A DNA stretch of 64,000 bases, taken from the IMG/VR virus record IMGVR_UViG_3300017963_000029, positions 1 to 64,000 of that record; one strand, given 5' to 3'. The notes below the pieces were generated by a model. It saw only the letters and a program-made list of their open reading frames with translations. It was not told where the DNA came from and searched no databases. Below are positions 44,311 to 53,105 of this stretch, piece after piece (position 1 is the stretch's first letter; each line of letters begins with the position of its first letter). This DNA comes from a virus. The translations under genes were made by a program, and so were the position numbers.

Positions 44311-46451
44311 TGCTCACCATAGGCTCTTTATTCTCTGGTATTGGAGGGCTCGAGTTGGGGCTGGAATTGTCCGGTCTCGGCCCCGTGCTCTTTCAAGCGG
44401 AGAAGGAGGAGTACTGCCTGGGCATCCTCGAAAAACACTGGCCAGAAGTGAAGAGGTTCGACGATGTCAGAAAAGTCACCGCAGACACCGTGCCACGAGT
44501 CGACGTACTGTGCGGAGGATTTCCTTGTCAGGATATATCAGCAGCCGGCAAGGGTGAGGGCCTTAGCGGTTCTCGAAGCGGCCTCTGGTACGAGTTCGCT
44601 CGCGTCGTTAGTGAGCTCTGTCCAGAGTGGGTTGTCGTCGAAAACGTTGCAAGCGCAGCAAACCGTTGGGTCGATGCCGTCCGAAGAGACCTGGAAGGGA
44701 AAGGTTATGCAACGCTACCGATCCCACTTGCAGCAGCTGATGTTGGATCTTCTCATCTTCGTAAAAGAATCTTCATCGTTGGGCACCGCGCGCTGGACAA
44801 CCCCGAAGAGCACGGCGAGCGGCCCGGACTACGCGCGATCCGGGAGGAAACGGAGCGGTGGAGACGACTTGGTGACTCAGGTGGCGAAGTGGCCGACCCC
44901 GACGGCATCCCTGTATGGGACGAGCCAGAACGAGGGACAGGTACCCCATCAACGTCCGAGTGCAGGGACGCCGAGTTTATGGACGATAGCTCGCCGGTGG
45001 CCGACACCCGACGCGAACATGGGCAGCGGAGGGAGGATGACGGATCCGGAGAAAGTAACGCCGACGGGAAGAGATTTGGAGACAGGCAGAAAAAGGCAGA
45101 TAACGTTAGGCGATGCGGTTCGCCGCCATCGTCGGTGGCCCACGCCGACGGCGGGGGATTCGAAGTCGAGCGGCAGCAGGAACTTACCGGGGTCGAAAGC
45201 CCACCCGGGGGTGTCGTTGACGGACATGGCGCTTCACGGGAACAGCTCGACACCTCGCAGATGGCCGACGCCCAAACACCGGGATTTCAAGAGCGCAGCT
45301 GGTCCAGCAGGGATGAAACGAGACAATCCGGATTTGAATGTGGTGGCAGCGAAATGGCCGACGCCGACATCGTCGGAAGCGGGCAATACATCGAGGGGAG
45401 GGGACCGGAAGGACGAGCTTCTTTTGGGTGGCCTTTCGAGTGGCCACCACCGCCCGGAGACATGCAGTCATGGGGGCAAGTGCCGCCCGACTCTCAGCCC
45501 TCAGTTTGTGCTGTGGCTCATGGGATTCCCCAGAGGGTGGCTAGACTGAAGGCTTTGGGCAATGCAGTCGTACCACAATGCGCCGAAGTAGTTGGCTACA
45601 TAATACAAGAACTATATACCCACGAAATACAGGAGATAGAAATGAAGTTGTTCAAGTTGAGTAAGACCGACAAGAAGGAGAAGTGCGCGGCCAACCGTTG
45701 CAAAGACGATCACACGGGAGAGGTTCCCGGCGATTTGTGGGGAAGAGAAACGGCCAAGCTTTGCGACCGGCACTTCAACGAGGCAGTCACCTTCGCAGAG
45801 CAGAACCCCGACTACAAGCCGCCGACCCCGGGAACTCCGGGCACCTCGTTGACGGTGGTGGACCAGGCACTGAACGACGAGCTTGAGGCCCAGTACAAGG
45901 AAGCCGAGGACATGCTCAAGGAGTTGGATGGCTTCGAGGTGGTAACGCAGCAGGACCTGGAGAACATAGCCGAGGTCCTCGTGATGGTGAAAGGCCGACG
46001 CAACTGGCTCGAGACGCGCGAGAAGGAGATAACCGTCCCCATCCACACCTCGTTGAAGAAGGTGCGAGAGCTATTTGAGCCGTCCAAGACGTTCTGGGCC
46101 AATGCCGAGGTCATCCTGAAGCAGAAGATAGCCGCAGCCAAGCTCCGCGAGGCCTGCAACACCGCCCAGGCGTTGCAGGAAGCGGCAGATGCCGCCGGCA
46201 TCGGGGACAGCACCACGGTGGCGCATGCCACCTCGCGCATCACCACGGTCGGGGACGTGCCGGGCATCAGTACCCAGGACCGGTGGAACTACAAGGTGGT
46301 GGACGCTTCGAAGGTGCCACGGAAGTACTTGATGGTCGACGACGCCAAGCTCCGGGCCCACTGCGCGATGTTCAAGGGCGACGACAAGCCCACCGCCATC
46401 GAGGGCATTGATTTTTTACCCGATGTCCGGGTGACGGCGAGGTCGAAATGA
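44307..46451 (+). CDS. C5 DNA cytosine methyltransferase (alpha chain), read in frame into a downstream phage protein
   Basis: Motif I SLFSGIGG; IV GGFPCQD; VI ENV; VIII RKRIF; X LKALGNAVVPQ. No stop codon before the 45642 cistron. Confidence 0.9.
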   Translation: MMLTIGSLFSGIGGLELGLELSGLGPVLFQAEKEEYCLGILEKHWPEVKRFDDVRKVTADTVPRVDVLCGGFPCQDISAAGKGEGLSGSRSGLWYEFARVVSELCPEWVVVENVASAANRWVDAVRRDLEGKGYATLPIPLAAADVGSSHLRKRIFIVGHRALDNPEEHGERPGLRAIREETERWRRLGDSGGEVADPDGIPVWDEPERGTGTPSTSECRDAEFMDDSSPVADTRREHGQRREDDGSGESNADGKRFGDRQKKADNVRRCGSPPSSVAHADGGGFEVERQQELTGVESPPGGVVDGHGASREQLDTSQMADAQTPGFQERSWSSRDETRQSGFECGGSEMADADIVGSGQYIEGRGPEGRASFGWPFEWPPPPGDMQSWGQVPPDSQPSVCAVAHGIPQRVARLKALGNAVVPQCAEVVGYIIQELYTHEIQEIEMKLFKLSKTDKKEKCAANRCKDDHTGEVPGDLWGRETAKLCDRHFNEAVTFAEQNPDYKPPTPGTPGTSLTVVDQALNDELEAQYKEAEDMLKELDGFEVVTQQDLENIAEVLVMVKGRRNWLETREKEITVPIHTSLKKVRELFEPSKTFWANAEVILKQKIAAAKLREACNTAQALQEAADAAGIGDSTTVAHATSRITTVGDVPGISTQDRWNYKVVDASKVPRKYLMVDDAKLRAHCAMFKGDDKPTAIEGIDFLPDVRVTARSK
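44464..45549 (+). CDS. Overlapping +1-frame ORF: MTase beta-like chain with six W(P/T)TP repeats and motif IX-like end
   Basis: 361 open codons inside the MTase gene, ending LSPQFVLWLMGFPRGW. Start uncertain. Confidence 0.7.
   Translation: MSEKSPQTPCHESTYCAEDFLVRIYQQPARVRALAVLEAASGTSSLASLVSSVQSGLSSKTLQAQQTVGSMPSEETWKGKVMQRYRSHLQQLMLDLLIFVKESSSLGTARWTTPKSTASGPDYARSGRKRSGGDDLVTQVAKWPTPTASLYGTSQNEGQVPHQRPSAGTPSLWTIARRWPTPDANMGSGGRMTDPEKVTPTGRDLETGRKRQITLGDAVRRHRRWPTPTAGDSKSSGSRNLPGSKAHPGVSLTDMALHGNSSTPRRWPTPKHRDFKSAAGPAGMKRDNPDLNVVAAKWPTPTSSEAGNTSRGGDRKDELLLGGLSSGHHRPETCSHGGKCRPTLSPQFVLWLMGFPRGWLD
45642..46451 (+). CDS. Internal-start phage protein (Cys/His knuckle, coiled coil, Gp157/Gam-like C-terminus)
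   Basis: AGGAG at 45631 before an in-frame ATG; C-terminal VVDASKVPRKYLMVDD...IEGIDF. Confidence 0.6.
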   Translation: MKLFKLSKTDKKEKCAANRCKDDHTGEVPGDLWGRETAKLCDRHFNEAVTFAEQNPDYKPPTPGTPGTSLTVVDQALNDELEAQYKEAEDMLKELDGFEVVTQQDLENIAEVLVMVKGRRNWLETREKEITVPIHTSLKKVRELFEPSKTFWANAEVILKQKIAAAKLREACNTAQALQEAADAAGIGDSTTVAHATSRITTVGDVPGISTQDRWNYKVVDASKVPRKYLMVDDAKLRAHCAMFKGDDKPTAIEGIDFLPDVRVTARSK

Positions 46452-46684
46452 TCATCCGGATAATGGCCGGCGAGATATCGCTGGAGTTCGAGCTTCAGAG
46501 AGACGCGACCGCCCATATGTTGGTGGATGGAGGTTCCACTGATTTAGGTAAGTGGGAGAAGGACGGTAACACCCTCGAGATCATGGTATCCGAGGAGGCT
46601 TTGAAGGGGGCTTTCACGAGCGTGGTCGCCAGTGCAGCCAAGGACCACGACAGTAAGGACGTGTTGATCTTCGAGTTGGATTAA
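46448..46684 (+). CDS. Hypothetical protein
   Basis: Coupled ATGA/TAATG with its neighbours. Confidence 0.5.
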   Translation: MIIRIMAGEISLEFELQRDATAHMLVDGGSTDLGKWEKDGNTLEIMVSEEALKGAFTSVVASAAKDHDSKDVLIFELD

Positions 46685-47160
46685 TGAACCACGCGGCGCT
46701 CGAGAAGAGGTTCTGGGCCAAGGTAGACAAGAACGGCCCGTACAACGAGAGGCTGGGGAGCCGGTGTCATGTGTGGAAGGGGGCTCGCCGCCGTGGGTAC
46801 GGACGTTTCGGGCTCACCTCCAAGGTGACGTTGTCGGCTCATCGCTTCGCCTGGGAGTTGGAGAAGGGGCCGATACCTGAAGGCCTGATCGTGCTCCACC
46901 AGTGCGACAACAAACCATGCGTTAACACCGACCACCTGCGCATCGGCACCACCCAGGACAACTCCGACGACTGTCGTGAGCGAGGGCAGCTTCCCGCCGG
47001 CGAGCGGAACGGAGGAGCCAAGCTTAGCGCCGAGGATGTTAGGGAGATAAGACGAAGAGCGGCGAACGGATCAACACATTCGGCGCTTGCCAGGGAGTAT
47101 GGGGTACACAAGACAACTATAACGAGGGCCGTCTCCAGGCGGCACTGGAGGGTAGCATGA
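46684..47160 (+). CDS. HNH homing endonuclease with C-terminal HTH
   Basis: RFWAKVDK...CHVWKG...AHRFAW...VLHQCDNKPCVNTDHL..GT..DN; AKLS..DVREIR. Confidence 0.92.
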   Translation: MNHAALEKRFWAKVDKNGPYNERLGSRCHVWKGARRRGYGRFGLTSKVTLSAHRFAWELEKGPIPEGLIVLHQCDNKPCVNTDHLRIGTTQDNSDDCRERGQLPAGERNGGAKLSAEDVREIRRRAANGSTHSALAREYGVHKTTITRAVSRRHWRVA

Positions 47161-47561
47161 GCAACTATGTACCGATGCCGAGTCCGGAACTCCGGGCGGC
47201 GATAGAGTGGCTGAAGAAAATGGCGGAGATGCAGCCGTGGGATTCTGAAAACTCTAAGAATGCTCGCACGTTTCTTCGTGAGCTGGATATGTTGATATAC
47301 GGCTACATCCGGTTTTATGAGTGGGAGCGGTATCAGGATTTCATTCGTCCGCGCAACGAGTTGGCGCAAAAGATTTTTACAAGGCATCTCCCGGTGGCTT
47401 TGGAAAAACTAGAACCGGGACCAAGGGTTCCGCAGATCGACGAGATCATGGAAGGATGTATCAGAATGGCAGATCGTTTCCTTGAGCTATCTGGCGAGAA
47501 GGTGAAGAATGTCGAGGATATCAAGGAGCGTCTGCGTGAGCACTTAGGGTGGAAGCCGTGA
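47157..47561 (+). CDS. Hypothetical protein
   Basis: GGAGG RBS; ATGA overlap. Confidence 0.55.
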   Translation: MSNYVPMPSPELRAAIEWLKKMAEMQPWDSENSKNARTFLRELDMLIYGYIRFYEWERYQDFIRPRNELAQKIFTRHLPVALEKLEPGPRVPQIDEIMEGCIRMADRFLELSGEKVKNVEDIKERLREHLGWKP

Positions 47562-48394
47562 TCGTCAACACCGCCAAGAACCGGAATCGCGACAAGTACA
47601 CCTTCGCGAACATCAACCTACTGGGGAAGTGTAATGCGGATTGTTTCTTCTGCCTGGGCAAGGATATCGAGCATCTTCTGTCGCAGCATAACCAGACACA
47701 AACGCACTGGCTTAACTGGCCTAACCTGCAGGAGTTCCTCAACCTCTGTCAGGAACATCACATCGAAAAGATCTACCTCACGGGCCAGAACACTGACCCT
47801 ACTTTGTACCGGTATTTATCCGGACTGATCGGGTTTCTACAGTCGGCGGGTTTTCACGTTGGTATCCGGACCAACGGCCTGGCGGCGGAACGAGTACTGC
47901 CGGCAATAAATCTGTGCAGGGAAGAGATCGGCTACTCCATCCACACCCTGGACCCCATGACGCAGAAGATGGTGATGGGGACCGAGAAGATACCCGATTG
48001 GGGGAAGTTGCTCACCGAGAGCGGCCCCAACGTGAGGGTGTCCATCGTTCTCAACCGGTGTAACGAGTACGAGCTCTTTGACATTCTCCGGTTCACGAGG
48101 AACTTCTCGGACCTCCGGTACATCCAGGTCAGGCGCATCAGCACCGACACGCGCCTTGAGGCGCTGGCGCCCGACATGGCCGCCTACGAGCGCGTGTATA
48201 CCATCGTCAGCCGGGCGTTCCCGCTGAAGCGGAGGTTCGTCACGGACGCCGAGGTCTACGACATCTATGGCCAGGACGTGGTGTTCTGGCGCACCATCAA
48301 GACGTCGGTCAACTCGATGAACTATTTCACCGACGGGACTATCAGCGAGAAGTACTTCATCGTCGAGGGGTATCTTGAGCAGCAGGGAGAATAG
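47558..48394 (+). CDS. Radical SAM protein
   Basis: CNADCFFC (CX3CX2C); YLTGQNTDP; IRTNG. Confidence 0.88.
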   Translation: MIVNTAKNRNRDKYTFANINLLGKCNADCFFCLGKDIEHLLSQHNQTQTHWLNWPNLQEFLNLCQEHHIEKIYLTGQNTDPTLYRYLSGLIGFLQSAGFHVGIRTNGLAAERVLPAINLCREEIGYSIHTLDPMTQKMVMGTEKIPDWGKLLTESGPNVRVSIVLNRCNEYELFDILRFTRNFSDLRYIQVRRISTDTRLEALAPDMAAYERVYTIVSRAFPLKRRFVTDAEVYDIYGQDVVFWRTIKTSVNSMNYFTDGTISEKYFIVEGYLEQQGE

Positions 48395-48751
48395 ATGATG
48401 ACCGATTGGAAGCACGAATTACAGCAACCTCCGATGATAGCGATGATCGTTATGTTTTCGCTGCTCACCATAATTGCTTTGAGCTATACGTGGTCGAGGA
48501 TCATGTGTAACTGTCCGGAGTGCGATTGCTCTGGTTGTGAGTGTGTACTGAAGGATTGAAGCGTGAGCTACTACCGCTTTGCTTCTCGAAGTTGTCGAAT
48601 CTGCGACTGTGCTCTTTCTCCGGTCTCCACCATTGTCCTTTACGGCAACACCTACTGCCCTCTTCACGCATACATGTTTTTGATACTTCTGGCTGACGAG
48701 GTAATAGAACTGGACTCGCACAGCGGTCCTATAATCAAGAGGAGGTGAAGG

Positions 48752-48979
48752 GTGGGCTACAGACACTGCGAGAAACATGACCGAGATGCCACCAACGGTT
48801 GTCCCCTGTGCATGGTCGAGAGCTACCATTATCATCCTTGCTCTGACAAAGAGTTCTGCAAGGGTAAAGGGACCTCGCTTTGTGAAAGCAATTGTGTGCC
48901 CGACGGGGATGGTGAGTACGAGCCTAAGATCTGCGTTTTATGTTACCTGGCGCGACAGTATACGGAGATAGAAAAATGA
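48752..48979 (+). CDS. Cys-rich small protein
   Basis: GGAGG RBS; multiple CxxC/CxxH motifs. Confidence 0.45.
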   Translation: MGYRHCEKHDRDATNGCPLCMVESYHYHPCSDKEFCKGKGTSLCESNCVPDGDGEYEPKICVLCYLARQYTEIEK

Positions 48980-49293
48980 AAGATAAAACACTTTTTGGAG
49001 CAGGACTTGCTTTAATTATTTTCTTGGGAGGCCTTTTAGTGTTCATGGATATAGGGCGTATGCAGCTTGAAAAACGTATTGCTTCGCTCGATATCGACCT
49101 CAAGGTGTGTCAGGGACACAAGGAGGTAAACTGGGCCAACTACAAGGCCTGCCAGGGGAAGCTCGAGAAGTGCCGCGAGCGAAAACCGTTACCTGAGCGT
49201 CTCAAGAACATGACCCTGCAGGACGTCATAGACGACGTGCGTGAGATAGACCAGATGGTGAAGGCGTTCGTTGAAAGGCAGAAGAGCCGGTAA
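48976..49293 (+). CDS. N-terminal TM plus coiled-coil protein (spanin-like architecture)
   Basis: LFGAGLALIIFLGGLLVF followed by heptads containing Cys. Confidence 0.5.
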   Translation: MKDKTLFGAGLALIIFLGGLLVFMDIGRMQLEKRIASLDIDLKVCQGHKEVNWANYKACQGKLEKCRERKPLPERLKNMTLQDVIDDVREIDQMVKAFVERQKSR

Positions 49294-49295
49294 TG

Positions 49296-49793
49296 CTACA
49301 TCGAGTTCAGCGCGACGGAGAGGCCTTCAAACTGGGCGGTGAGCTTCGAGAGGTTGTCGATGATTACGCAGAGGCCGGCGGTGTTCCAACGGGGGACCGT
49401 CGCGTCCGTGTGGGGTCGGTCGATGGCTCTCAGCAGGTCCTCTTCGGTTCGCCGTATCATTTCCTTGACCCAGTGACACTGCAGGTGGAGTCGGTCTACC
49501 CGACAAAGCTCTGTCCATGATTCGTATTCTTTTTCGACGGTTCGCTGTGCCTGGCGGATAAGGTCGGAGGGAAGATGGGAAGCGTCAACGATAAGGCTTT
49601 CGAAAACACCACCGGGTTTGAGGCTTTGAAGTTCCGCTCCGACGAGGCCTGCCACCGGGTGTACTTCGAAAACACATCGATCATGCCCCTCGATGCTCTC
49701 GTAAATGAATGTTCCGCTATGCTCTTCTGGATTGAGACACAGAAGGCATATCTGGTATTTCTCTTTCAGCGGGATGTTGGAGACGCTTCCCAT
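49296..49793 (-). CDS. Hypothetical protein
   Basis: ATG immediately follows the MTase stop on the - strand. Confidence 0.5.
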   Translation of the reverse strand: MGSVSNIPLKEKYQICLLCLNPEEHSGTFIYESIEGHDRCVFEVHPVAGLVGAELQSLKPGGVFESLIVDASHLPSDLIRQAQRTVEKEYESWTELCRVDRLHLQCHWVKEMIRRTEEDLLRAIDRPHTDATVPRWNTAGLCVIIDNLSKLTAQFEGLSVALNSM

Positions 49794-50423
49794 CTAGGAT
49801 TTCCAATCGACCCAGCCGAAGGATACACTTTCAGTCCATTTTTCGTAATCCGACATCGGAAGAGGCTCCGGGCGGAGGATGCACTCCACCGCCATGTAGT
49901 CGGCCATGGGGGTGAACTTGGTGGGGGTGCCACCGAGGCCCACGAAGTGTGGGCGGTAGGTCAGGATGGCGATACGGATGGGCTGGACGTACCGCCAGCA
50001 GTCCTGGAATCGGTCCTTGCCGTTCAGGGCCACGGTTCGTATCAGCGCGCAGGCTCTACGGGCCCACAACAGGCTCCTGTAGATGAAGAAGGCCTCGCCG
50101 TTGTTGGCGTAGGGAGGGTTCAGGATGGCCAGGTCGGCCCGCAGTTGGGGCACTTCCAGGTGGAGGAAGTCGGCACAGATGATCCGCGCCCGGGGGCGCC
50201 AATATTGGAGCTCGGGGATGATGTCCGGGTCGATTTCCACCGCCACCACCCCCTCCCGGTCGGGGGTGAGGGACCCCTCGCCGGCGGCGGGGTCGACGAT
50301 AAGCTCCGCCTCGTCGACCCGGGCCCATTTCTGGAAGTCAAACGCCACCTTCGTCGGTGTGAACCACTGACACCAGTTCTCGCGCTCCTCGTCGGAGGTG
50401 ATGACCGCGGCGACCTGGGGCAT
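49794..50423 (-). CDS. N6-adenine DNA methyltransferase
   Basis: QWFTP; VDPAAGEG (SAM-binding); VEID; ADFL; LNPPY. Confidence 0.88.
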   Translation of the reverse strand: MPQVAAVITSDEERENWCQWFTPTKVAFDFQKWARVDEAELIVDPAAGEGSLTPDREGVVAVEIDPDIIPELQYWRPRARIICADFLHLEVPQLRADLAILNPPYANNGEAFFIYRSLLWARRACALIRTVALNGKDRFQDCWRYVQPIRIAILTYRPHFVGLGGTPTKFTPMADYMAVECILRPEPLPMSDYEKWTESVSFGWVDWKS

Positions 50424-50426
50424 GAC

Positions 50427-50642
50427 CTACTTCCGGGGTTTGGCCAGTATTTTCAGAAGTTTCTCGGGCGAAACGGGAGCCCACTTGCATATTCGCAACA
50501 GGTGCGATGCGCGGGGCTCGGTGTCGCCCTCCCAGCGGCTGATGGTGGGGGCCGAAAGGCCCAGAGCAGCGGCGGCCTGGGTCTGGGTGAGCCCCTTTTT
50601 CTTCCGGAGCTTCTCGAACCACTTGGCAAACGAGGTAGCCAT
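50427..50642 (-). CDS. XRE/Cro-like HTH transcriptional regulator
   Basis: LRKKKGLTQTQAAAALGLSAPTISRWEG..EP. Confidence 0.88.
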   Translation of the reverse strand: MATSFAKWFEKLRKKKGLTQTQAAAALGLSAPTISRWEGDTEPRASHLLRICKWAPVSPEKLLKILAKPRK

Positions 50643-50698
50643 GCGAGGAAAGATAACAGTACACTTGCGTAAACGCAAGGAAAGGGTAGGATGACGCC

Positions 50699-51022
50699 AT
50701 GGGAATGAAAGACGACGATAAGAACCGTCTCGTCCAGGCAACCCCGGAGGAGCAGGATGCGGCTTTTCAGCGTGCCAGGGGTGTTCTGGAGGCCATGAAT
50801 CCGGTGCTGGATGAGTACGACGTTCTGGACCAGCTGACGGCATTACAGATGCGCATCGCGCAGCTTGCGGTACGAACTGGTAGAGGAACCGAGGGTATCC
50901 TGACGTTAATAAATGTGAACATCCCTCCCATGATGAAGATGTGGGAGCAGGCTTATTCAGAGGTACAGGAGGAAGACGGTGGCGGCACTGACAGAGGAAC
51001 AACTTCAGGGAATGTTAACTGA
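50699..51022 (+). CDS. Hypothetical protein
   Basis: First gene divergent from the HTH; helical composition. Confidence 0.55.
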   Translation: MGMKDDDKNRLVQATPEEQDAAFQRARGVLEAMNPVLDEYDVLDQLTALQMRIAQLAVRTGRGTEGILTLINVNIPPMMKMWEQAYSEVQEEDGGGTDRGTTSGNVN

Positions 51023-51194
51023 GTTGGAAGACGGGGCCTTCATGATCCTCGAGGAGGGAGACCTCGAGTTCATTCAGGGCGCGAAGATGACCGTGGACAT
51101 GGGCTTTCCGTTGACGCCTGCGGACATGGATCGCGTGGCCCGGATTTACGACAAGTTCAAAAAGATCCAGCACGACACCATGGGTATAGGGTAG
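50979..51194 (+). CDS. Hypothetical protein
   Basis: GGAGG RBS with GTG start. Confidence 0.5.
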   Translation: MAALTEEQLQGMLTELEDGAFMILEEGDLEFIQGAKMTVDMGFPLTPADMDRVARIYDKFKKIQHDTMGIG

Positions 51195-51283
51195 TTTTCA
51201 TAAGACGCACGAGAGATGGGTTACGTGTTTTCTTTTGTGGTGGTTGTCGTTTGGTTGTTGGCATGTTCTTACGTTAAGTAGAA

Positions 51284-51601
51284 ATGGCCATCAATGAAGA
51301 ACATCTAAGAGTAGACATGGTCGGTTTCTCGGTGGCGTTCATCTATAAAGGGCGGCACTTCAGTTTAAGTTTAAAAGAAGCAGGTAGTCCGATTTTTTGT
51401 CTTCTGGAAGTAAGAAAAGGAGAAATGCCCGATCCGTCCAATATGTTGAGCGGCATGTTGAAACATTCGAAGATAGCAACGGCGAAGATTCATTGGGACG
51501 GAGCTTTCCCAAAAGATCCGCTAGTTGCAGAAGCCATGGATGTCATCACCGGATATTTGGTGGAAAGAAACTTCATATCGTTGAGCGAGGATTCTCACTA
51601 A
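51284..51601 (+). CDS. Hypothetical protein (AT-rich gene)
   Basis: ORF with lower GC than its surroundings. Confidence 0.45.
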   Translation: MAINEEHLRVDMVGFSVAFIYKGRHFSLSLKEAGSPIFCLLEVRKGEMPDPSNMLSGMLKHSKIATAKIHWDGAFPKDPLVAEAMDVITGYLVERNFISLSEDSH

Positions 51602-51611
51602 AGGAGACCAC

Positions 51612-52034
51612 ATGGAAAAGGAGTTCGTGGAACTGGCAATCAAGACCCCCATCTTTCACGGGGACCGACGCGTGCCGCCGGCTCTCATCGGTACGGCGGA
51701 AGGTTGGGTCAATCCGGAGGAGATATGCGGAATCACTTCCGGGGTTCACGACGTGCCGATAGTAGCCGACGCTCGTAACAAACAGAGCCAGAGCAAGAAA
51801 CCCAAGCCTGGTGGTTTCATGACGGTGCTGCACTTTCACAGCGGCGACCGGATCCTGGTGATGGGAACGCCGAAGGAGCTTCGGAAGCAGATCATCGAGG
51901 CCGTCAGTCCGGAAGCTGTCGAGCCCGAAGAAGACGAGACAGAGGAGGCACCGGAGGAAACCCCGGAGACCCCTGAAGAGACCAACGAGCCAGAGACTGA
52001 AACCCAGCAGTCTGAAGAGGAAGGTGGCGAATGA
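51612..52034 (+). CDS. Hypothetical protein with acidic tail
   Basis: AAGGAG RBS. Confidence 0.6.
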   Translation: MEKEFVELAIKTPIFHGDRRVPPALIGTAEGWVNPEEICGITSGVHDVPIVADARNKQSQSKKPKPGGFMTVLHFHSGDRILVMGTPKELRKQIIEAVSPEAVEPEEDETEEAPEETPETPEETNEPETETQQSEEEGGE

Positions 52035-52411
52035 ACTTCGATACGGCATTTGAGGAGTACCTCGACGTCCGCAACAAACTCCGCGAGCAGCAGGGGGCAC
52101 TGGATAAGAAGAGAAGCGAGATGGCCGCGCTGGGCCGCGAGATGGAGAGCATGAAGAAGCGGTATAACGCCACGCGCCGACAGCTGGTGAAGGCTCAGGA
52201 CGCCCTGGTCCCCGTGCTTCGCAAGGAGGTGGCGTCGTTTCCGCTCCCGGACGAGGACAAGAGCGCCTACGAGGAGGGTACCCGGAACGTTCTCAGGAAG
52301 ACGCCGGAACAGGAAGCTGCGGCGCTCGACAAAGTCATTCCGCCTGCGGAAGATGATGCTGAAGAAGCCTCCACACCCGAAGCGGTAGAGGTTGATGTCG
52401 GCTCGCCATAA
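52031..52411 (+). CDS. Coiled-coil protein
   Basis: ATGA overlap; heptads. Confidence 0.55.
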   Translation: MNFDTAFEEYLDVRNKLREQQGALDKKRSEMAALGREMESMKKRYNATRRQLVKAQDALVPVLRKEVASFPLPDEDKSAYEEGTRNVLRKTPEQEAAALDKVIPPAEDDAEEASTPEAVEVDVGSP

Positions 52412-52736
52412 GGATCCCGTCGGGCCTCCGGGGACACTTCTACGTTGCAAGGGTCCCGGGTGTAAGAACACCGTCAAGTACCGTTCACGCAAGTGGACCA
52501 ACGAATGGATGATGACCTGGGTGGAGAGCAAGGGAAAGCTGTTCGATGTGTGCTCCATGGAGTGCGCGGATGCCCTGAAGGAGAAACATGCCAAACACGC
52601 CGCCGCGGTAGCACGGCGGGATTTTCGAGAGGCAGATAAATTCGATACAGAGGTTCTTTTGCCCAAAGGCAGTGAACCTCCCCTTCAAGTATTTTTTCGA
52701 GACATCAAGCAGAAGAAGGCCAAGGAGAAGGCATGA
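52392..52736 (+). CDS. Zn-finger protein
   Basis: CKGPGC...VCSMEC. Confidence 0.55.
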   Translation: MMSARHKDPVGPPGTLLRCKGPGCKNTVKYRSRKWTNEWMMTWVESKGKLFDVCSMECADALKEKHAKHAAAVARRDFREADKFDTEVLLPKGSEPPLQVFFRDIKQKKAKEKA

Positions 52737-52978
52737 GCCCTAAGACAGCACGCGAGCTTCGGCGTTATGCCATCTCTCAGATGAGCGACAAGAGCCGGCA
52801 GAAAACCAAGACTCACATGTACCGCTTGCTCAAAAAAGGGTGGAACGAGTTGCTTAACGCGCGGGAAAGAGGGGTTTTCCGTCGTACCGTGCTCCGCAAC
52901 GGCCCGATGGAGCCGAAGCTCCGGGAGTTCTTGGAGCAGCGAGGATTCAACGTATATGGAACGATCGTGCATGAATAA
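52733..52978 (+). CDS. Small basic protein
   Basis: AAGGAG RBS; ATGA overlap. Confidence 0.5.
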   Translation: MSPKTARELRRYAISQMSDKSRQKTKTHMYRLLKKGWNELLNARERGVFRRTVLRNGPMEPKLREFLEQRGFNVYGTIVHE

Positions 52979-53105
52979 GTCGTGCCATAAATATTACACG
53001 ATATATCCGTAAAAAACCTAATGATTTCAAGTACTTAGAGCACAATTGGAGTTTGCCGGTAATAGACATTTCCGGCATAGATAGAGTGTATAAAGGGAGG
53101 TTGAA

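Noticed and set aside
49293-49520. Plus-strand 75-aa ORF coupled to 48976-49293
   Set aside because: It lies entirely opposite 49296-49793, which is coupled to the MTase. I cannot decide between them, and the minus-strand ORF is preferred.
51252-51279. dif-like site (TTACGTTAAGT resembles a XerD arm)
   Set aside because: No XerC-like arm at the 6-bp spacing. Candidates at ~16810 and ~63900 also match only one half.
53015-53040. TAAGTACTTGAAATCATTA (minus strand) as an integrase arm-type site
   Set aside because: It is a single copy far from the recombinase and cannot be distinguished from an AT-rich promoter sequence.
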